The position numbers were made by a program, and so were the translations under genes. A stretch of DNA of 57,197 nt, filler included, from Dugesia japonica (taxonomy: Eukaryota), in the NCBI GenBank assembly GCA_001938525.1. It is 5 parts of 5 records of this genome, joined end to end, with 100 filler letters (N's around TTAATTAATTAA, not from the genome) between each part and the next. Parts side by side here need not be neighbours in the genome. Positions count along the whole stretch, not along the records: positions 48,382 to 57,197 come from MQRL01297719.1; 4 more parts are not named here. One strand, written 5' to 3'. Below are positions 51,140 to 57,197 of the stretch, piece by piece (within the stretch, counting starts at the first letter, position 1; the number at the start of each line of letters is the position of its first letter). The notes below the pieces were generated by a model, which searched no databases, was not told the origin of the DNA, and saw nothing but the letters and a program-made list of their open reading frames with translations.

Positions 51140-53125
51140 ACGCTATTTTAATGAACTTTACGCTAATAATTTTTAATGAATTTTACGCTAATAATTTTTA
51201 ATGAATTTTAAGCTAACTTTTGATTAATTTTTAAGTAATATATTTATAAAGTTATATTTCATAAGTCATCGATTAAATATTGGTTTTAAAGTATAAAACT
51301 AACAAAAAAAACAACTAATACATTTTCATATATATATATTTATTAAATTGTATTTTACAAAACACAAGTGATTTATATCATTTTTTCTTTTTTAGGTCTC
51401 CCAATTCCTGGCTTTGGCACCAGAGAAAAATTGAAGTAATCGAGCAAATTTTCTTTTTTTCAAAACATTATAGACATGAGCACATTGTTTTTCTTTTAAA
51501 AAAATGTAACAAGTGTAAAACACATCTCTAAACGTTGAAGGTGTTTTCGATGAATAAACACAAATATTTCCACTTAAAATCCTCAAAGAACTCTACGGAT
51601 ATTTTAAAAAAATTAATAAAATCCAAATTTTCTGATTGCTCAGTAGTATTAAAGAAGTAATAGGTATTATACGGTTGATCACTCAAATTTTCATTGCTTC
51701 CCATAATGTAATCTTTATCAACCATATTGTTTCTGGCCTTCATAGGTTTTTATGCAAATACTAGTTTCGAATACTGGTTATACATTGAAAAAACATTTTC
51801 TATCATTACATATGGCTTGACAACTAAGCCATTTAAATGAAACCGTTTAAAAGAACCATTAAAGGATTCAATAGATAAATTTGTAGATGGCGCGTGTCGA
51901 AAAGATCCTTCATATTAGTTTTTATTTCTATTAATTTTTAATCTTTCAAAGTTCGTAAAAAACGGTAGCGCATCGTATGATTTTTGATATATTTCATACA
52001 ACTTTTTGTACATAATCAAAAATATTTCTTCTATTGGAGCTCTTTGAATAGTATTAATGTCATGAAGAATCATGCTCAAATAGTTTTTTGTGGTAGCAGC
52101 GTCCTTTTGTATAGCTCCCTTAACAAGAAACCAACAATGTAATCTTATGCTATCTCTAAATTTCTTCTTCATTAGTGAATCAACCTGTGGTGCAAAATCC
52201 GCTGTAAGAGTTAGTAAATTAAAACACACTTTTTCTAAGAACCAAAATCAAAACATTTATTGAATATATATTATTTAAAGTTCGTAAGTTTCTTCAAACA
52301 CAAATGACAAAAATATCGGAAGAAAATTTCTGTTGGCACCAGAACATCCAAATAATTCTAGTGGAAAATTTGGGTCAATTATCTTATATGCTCCATCTAT
52401 ATGATAATTTTTTGCTATTGAAACTTCCTTAATTTTTGCTTTTGTGGTTAATAACAAATAAAATTTGATTTCATTTAGATGATACAATATATTGTCATCA
52501 TTATACTTTATATTTAGCAAAAACTCTTGAAGGTCATTAATAGACACGTCTTTATTAATAGTGTCATCGCATTTTCTTAGATATGCAAGGCTGTTATACA
52601 TTTTACCAATGCTAAGATCCATTTTCTATGTTCTAATGTCTTTCTCAATTTTTGTGGCAGCAAATCTCCAATTTCATATGCCTTAAATATTGCATTATTA
52701 GCCTTCTTCTTTACTATTTTATCATTTGATAACCTGCAAGAATGATTATTGAGCTGAGATTGCTAAAAAGCAATGTTACTGTTTCGGTAAACAATCTTCC
52801 TAATCTTGTAATCACAAAGCTATTGAGTACATTGGTAAGTAAATACATTACATTTCTTATTTCTTTAGAAATCTCTTTGTCTCTATAAGCCATTTTTAAG
52901 GAACTTTTCTTCATAATCACAGGCTATCCAATTGATTTTCATTCTCGATTTATTTTCAAAAAGTGTCTAAATTTGTTATGAAAATTTCAAATAGTTTCTA
53001 AGCTTTTAAAATAAATTTTACTTTAAAACATAAAAACGACAACATTTTAAATTTAGCGTAAAATTCATTAAAAATAATTAGAGTAAAGTTCATTAAATTT
53101 GCGCTAACGTTCAATAAATAAGCGA
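51140..53125 (-). mobile_element. MULE/Mutator DNA transposon with SWIM finger and TIRs built of ~24-bp subrepeats
   Basis: HIDGAYKI; TADFAP; HCWF; STNLSIESFN; SWIM-like YTC..FLKEKQCAH; AATGAATTTTACGCTAA repeats inverted at the two ends. Confidence 0.85.
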
Positions 53126-53378
53126 ATATTTAATTAAAATTGATTTTATAATTATGGCAATATGAATATAAACTTTTAAAAATTAATTCATATGCGTGGA
53201 ACGTTTTAAAAATAATTCAATACAATTAATAAAAAACTATTTAAATAAAAATAATACAGATATTTAGCTAATTCATTTAAAATAAAAGCTTCGATAAAAA
53301 ACTTTGAGATTGATTCGATATTTCGACTTTGTCTTCGTCAAGAAATAACTTTTCAAAGTAAATTCCTGACGAAGACTA

Positions 53379-54130
53379 TGAGGAAATAATTATTAATTAA
53401 TAATCTGATCCAATAGAAATTGAGTTATCTGAATATAAATATTGAAATTCTTGTATTTCAATATTATTTATACTATGAAACATGTGTTGCAGTAGTAAAA
53501 TAAATGATGTCTCAAAATATTAGTAGTGATTAGCAAAATGAATTACCAATTGAAGATCTACCTAACATGATGGTAGGTAAATACTGATTCTATTACAAAA
53601 AAGTTAGTGGCAAATGTGTTCTGCAGAAGAGATGATATTGAGAAATTCATCAAGCGATGTGAATGGTATTTTGAAGCTAAAAACACCACTCATGTGAAAA
53701 AACAGGAGAGATTAGTCTCTTGTTGGTTAGATGAAGGTTTGTTGGAAGAATATGCAAAGACGTTGAAAAAAGTTGAAGGATTTCAGGCTCGTTTACGTAT
53801 GACATTTGAGAAAGAAAAAGATGTTATCAAGGATTTTCAAAAGTTGATTAACTACAGGCGTGGAAATGAAGAGATTCAAGTTTATTTAAAAATATAAAAG
53901 ATTTAGTAAAAGGATTATTTACAAATAAAGATTTTACTGAAGAAAAAAAGGTAGCAAAGATGCTAGTATATTGTTCAGATAACAAAAACGTTGAAGAAGA
54001 ATTGACTTTGTGGAAACGAAAGAATATAAAAGAAATTGCAGAAACAATGACGTTAGTAGATCAAGTAGAGAAAAACAGAGATGGATTTGATGCAGTAAGA
54101 AGTTACGCGAGCAGGTAAGAATGGTAGTAA
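53379..54130 (+). mobile_element. Gypsy 5' LTR (53379-53567) plus gag
   Basis: TGAGGAAA...CCTAACA; gag DDIEKFIKRCEWYFE similar to the gag at 17146..17610. Confidence 0.85.
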
Positions 54131-54757
54131 AGAACAGTACACATTTGGTACCCCCTGTTGACGTAATCAGATTATTCAATAAGTGTTTTTGTATTTTTCT
54201 AATGGAAAAAGGCGGCGGCACACATTTGTGTGCATTACATACTGTAATTAATTTCGTCGCGTCATTATTATTAATTTATCAAGATTAATTTACTTTATTT
54301 ACTGTATATTAAAAAGAAGCAGTATTCAGATGAAATATTTATTTGAATGTATTTGTAGCATAAAAAGAATATCTTGATCATTTATTTCTTTTTACTAAGC
54401 TAATGGAAAAACATTAATTTTGTATAATCCTAAATTATAATAAATTACTTTATGGAAGTAAGAAGAAGTTATATTCAAATCTATTTATTAAAAAATAAAA
54501 CAAAAATAATAATTACATCAATTCCGTCTAAACAAATAAAGTAACACAAATAATACAACAACAAATTTGACTCTTCAATTCTTCCTTCATTTTGTCGATG
54601 AATATTGATCGAACAATGAACTCAACATAGTCATGTTTATTCAACAGACCGTTGAAGATCTTGCTTAGGAATTGAATTTCGTCAAAGGATCCACTGGAAA
54701 TTGCATCTGTCAATTTTTTAATTTCTCTTTCGACTTGATTCATTTTGATAATAATAC

Positions 54758-54846
54758 AAATAATACCCTCATAAACCATATATTACACGGTTGCTATGTA
54801 AATAATACCCTCATAAACTATATATTACACGGTTGCTATGTAAATA
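54758..54846. repeat. 42-bp tandem duplication
   Basis: AAATAATACCCTCATAAAC(C/T)ATATATTACACGGTTGCTATGT occurs twice. Confidence 0.85.
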
Positions 54847-55051
54847 ATAAAAGGTAACTATGCAAAAAATTCCTTTGAGAATACGGTTGTATTTGTTATG
54901 AAAAATAAATTTTATTTGGATAAATATTTTACAATTGCAATTATTGCGAGAATAATTATTTTTAATTGTCTTTTGGAATTCATTTAAAATAAAAGATTCA
55001 ATCAAATAATTTATTTTATTGTTTTTTGAGGTTGATTCGATATTTCAACTT

Positions 55052-56712
55052 TAGGTAAATCTTCATTGGTAATTCATTTTGCAAATCATAATTAATATTT
55101 TGAGACATCATTTATTTTACTACTTCAATACATGTTTCATAATAAAAATAATATAAAAATACAAGAATTTCAATATTAATATTCAGATAACTTAATTTCT
55201 ATTGGATGAGATTATTAATTGATATATTTTTTCCTCATATCCCTCTTCTTAAGAAATTTACTAAGTTTTTCCACATTTCTTTCTAATCGCTCTCCGTTTT
55301 TCTCCTTTTACCGCATACCGCCTTTCAATTATTCGTTAAGGTCCTTCAAATCTGTCTTGATTTTAATTTCTTGTTTATACCTTGATGAGTACAACATCGC
55401 TCACTTTGAATTCTCATTTATTAATCACGTATAAAATGTTTTCTTTAGTTCTATCTGAAACGTCTGACTCGTACCACTTTTCTCAGCTAATTTTCTTTCC
55501 AAAATAGATCTCAGTCGGGCTCTTTCCTTTCGTCTTCTGTTTTGTTGGGTTTATTGTAAATTCTATTTCTGGTAAAAGATCTGCACAATCTGTTGTCTTT
55601 CTTTCCTAAAGTGTTACATTAATTAAATTCCGAATTTTCCTGAGCATTCTTTCAATTTGTCCGTTTGCATTATGATGATAGGGTCTCGAAAAGCAAAGTT
55701 TAATATCTAGCTTCAGTGCAAACTCTCTAAATTCAAAAGCTTTTCTACAAACTAATCTCTCTCGAATATCCAAATTTTTACACTCACTTTTCAAAAATAG
55801 CTTTTCGTATTGTTTTTTCGTCTTGTCTGGGTAATGCTGTAAGAACCAGATATTTACTGTACTGGTCAATTTTTCCAAGAATGTATTTTTTTGTCCACTT
55901 GTTTTCCGCACTGTCGCACATATATCTGTGAATATCAGTTTAAATAAATTGGTAGCTTCTAAACTCTTTGTCTTCTCTTTAGTTGCTGTTGTCACTACTT
56001 TCGTCTTCTGACAAATTTCACAACTACAAACTGTCTTTTGTAATTGGCTCCACAAATTCTTTGCAATATATTTCTTTCTCATATATTCGTGCACTTATTC
56101 AACTCCTGGATGACATAATAATTTGTGTATTTCTTCTATTGTTTCACGTAGTTTGCCATCCGGAAATTTCATTTTCTTGACTAAATCTGTTTCCTCAGAA
56201 ATGTTTAAAAGATCTTCTTTTTCTTTTTCAATTTTTTTCAATATTCTCGTTTTAATCTTCCCTTTCTAAGCTTGTTCATTTGACATTTGACATTGTACAC
56301 ATACCTCACATCTTAGTATAAATAACATATCTGCATTAGCATGTTGATATCCTTTTCTATATTCCAAAACCATATCTAAACTGCTCAAATTATTAATCCA
56401 TGTGTGAAATTGTGACACAATTGGTTTCTTTGTTGTTATCATAAAAGTTAGAGCCCTATTATCTGTTCTAAGACTAAATCTTCTGCAATAAAAGGGATTA
56501 TTATTGAGTGTGATCCATAGGCAACAACTCTTTCTCTTCCTTCTTTATCTCTCTGGGACAATACGGCTCCAATTGTATCAAACTGGCATCCGTATCTAAT
56601 ATAAATTCTTTGTTTATTTCCGGAAAACACAATATTGGTGCATTCATTAGAGATTTTTTCAGACCCCTAAATGTATAGCTTATTTCATCTGTTAATTCTA
56701 ATTTCTTGTGTC
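55052..56712 (-). mobile_element. Gypsy pol (RNase H, integrase), PPT and 3' LTR (55052-55237)
   Basis: FILDTDAS..IGAVLSQ; LRTDNRALTFM; C.ICQK; PYHHNANGQIER; AAGAAGAGGGATA|TGAGGAAA. The LTR matches 53379-53567 in inverted orientation. Confidence 0.9.
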
Positions 56713-57197
56713 TGCCCATAAAATGCATAAATTTCTTGTAATATTATCTTAAAAAATATCAAGACTGCCCATATCTTGTAATAAAATCTTAAAAAATATC
56801 AAGATTGCCCATAACATGCATAAATATCTTGTAATATTATCTTTAAAAATATCAATACTGCCCATACTTGTAATAATATTTTAAAAAATATCAATACTGC
56901 TCATATCTTGTATTAATATCTTAAAAAATATCAATATTGTCCATAACATGCATAAATTCCTTGTAATAATATCTTTAAAAATATCAATACTGCCCATATC
57001 TTGTAATAATATCTTAAAAAATAACAAGACTGCCCATAACATGCATTAATATCTTAAAGAATATCAAGACTGCCTATAACATGCATAATTTTCTTGTAAT
57101 ATTATCTTAAAAAATATCATGATTACCCATATCTTGTAATAAAATCTTAAAAAATATTAAGACTGCCCATAACATGCATAAATTTCTTGTAATATTA
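56712..57197. repeat. Satellite with alternating ~39- and ~53-bp units (~92-bp higher-order repeat)
   Basis: TCTTGTAATA..ATCTTAAAAAATATCAAGACTGCCCATA with or without ACATGCATAAATT. Confidence 0.9.

Overview
Very AT-rich eukaryotic DNA, probably from a freshwater planarian or related flatworm (inferred from base composition and TE types, not shown directly). It appears to be five contigs joined by artificial N-TTAATTAATTAA-N spacers (~9952-10051, 24558-24657, 35823-35922, 48282-48381), so adjacency across spacers is not biological. Most of the window is decayed mobile DNA. Contig 1 holds a Polinton protease pseudogene and a large, internally deleted Gypsy-type retroelement on the minus strand. 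Its apparent polyprotein runs Gag(CCHC), then about three ubiquitin-like domains, then a chuvirus-like (class III, AYDC-type) envelope, then a deletion, then integrase with AT-hook and a duplicated Cys/His domain I do not recognise. Contig 2 holds two symmetric 228-bp ubiquitin-like host exons. Between them lie a decayed Polinton/adintovirus (core-like protein, major capsid split by a Gypsy insertion, packaging ATPase, TATA-binding-protein-like gene) and a Penelope element. The remaining contigs contain two kinesin light chain exons, two exons of a divergent cystatin, Penelope elements with hammerhead ribozymes, hAT/Buster, MULE, mariner/Tc1, a piggyBac-like MITE, Gypsy fragments, an orphan three-ORF cassette and satellites. 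All protein assignments rest on motif recognition by eye; no searches were run.
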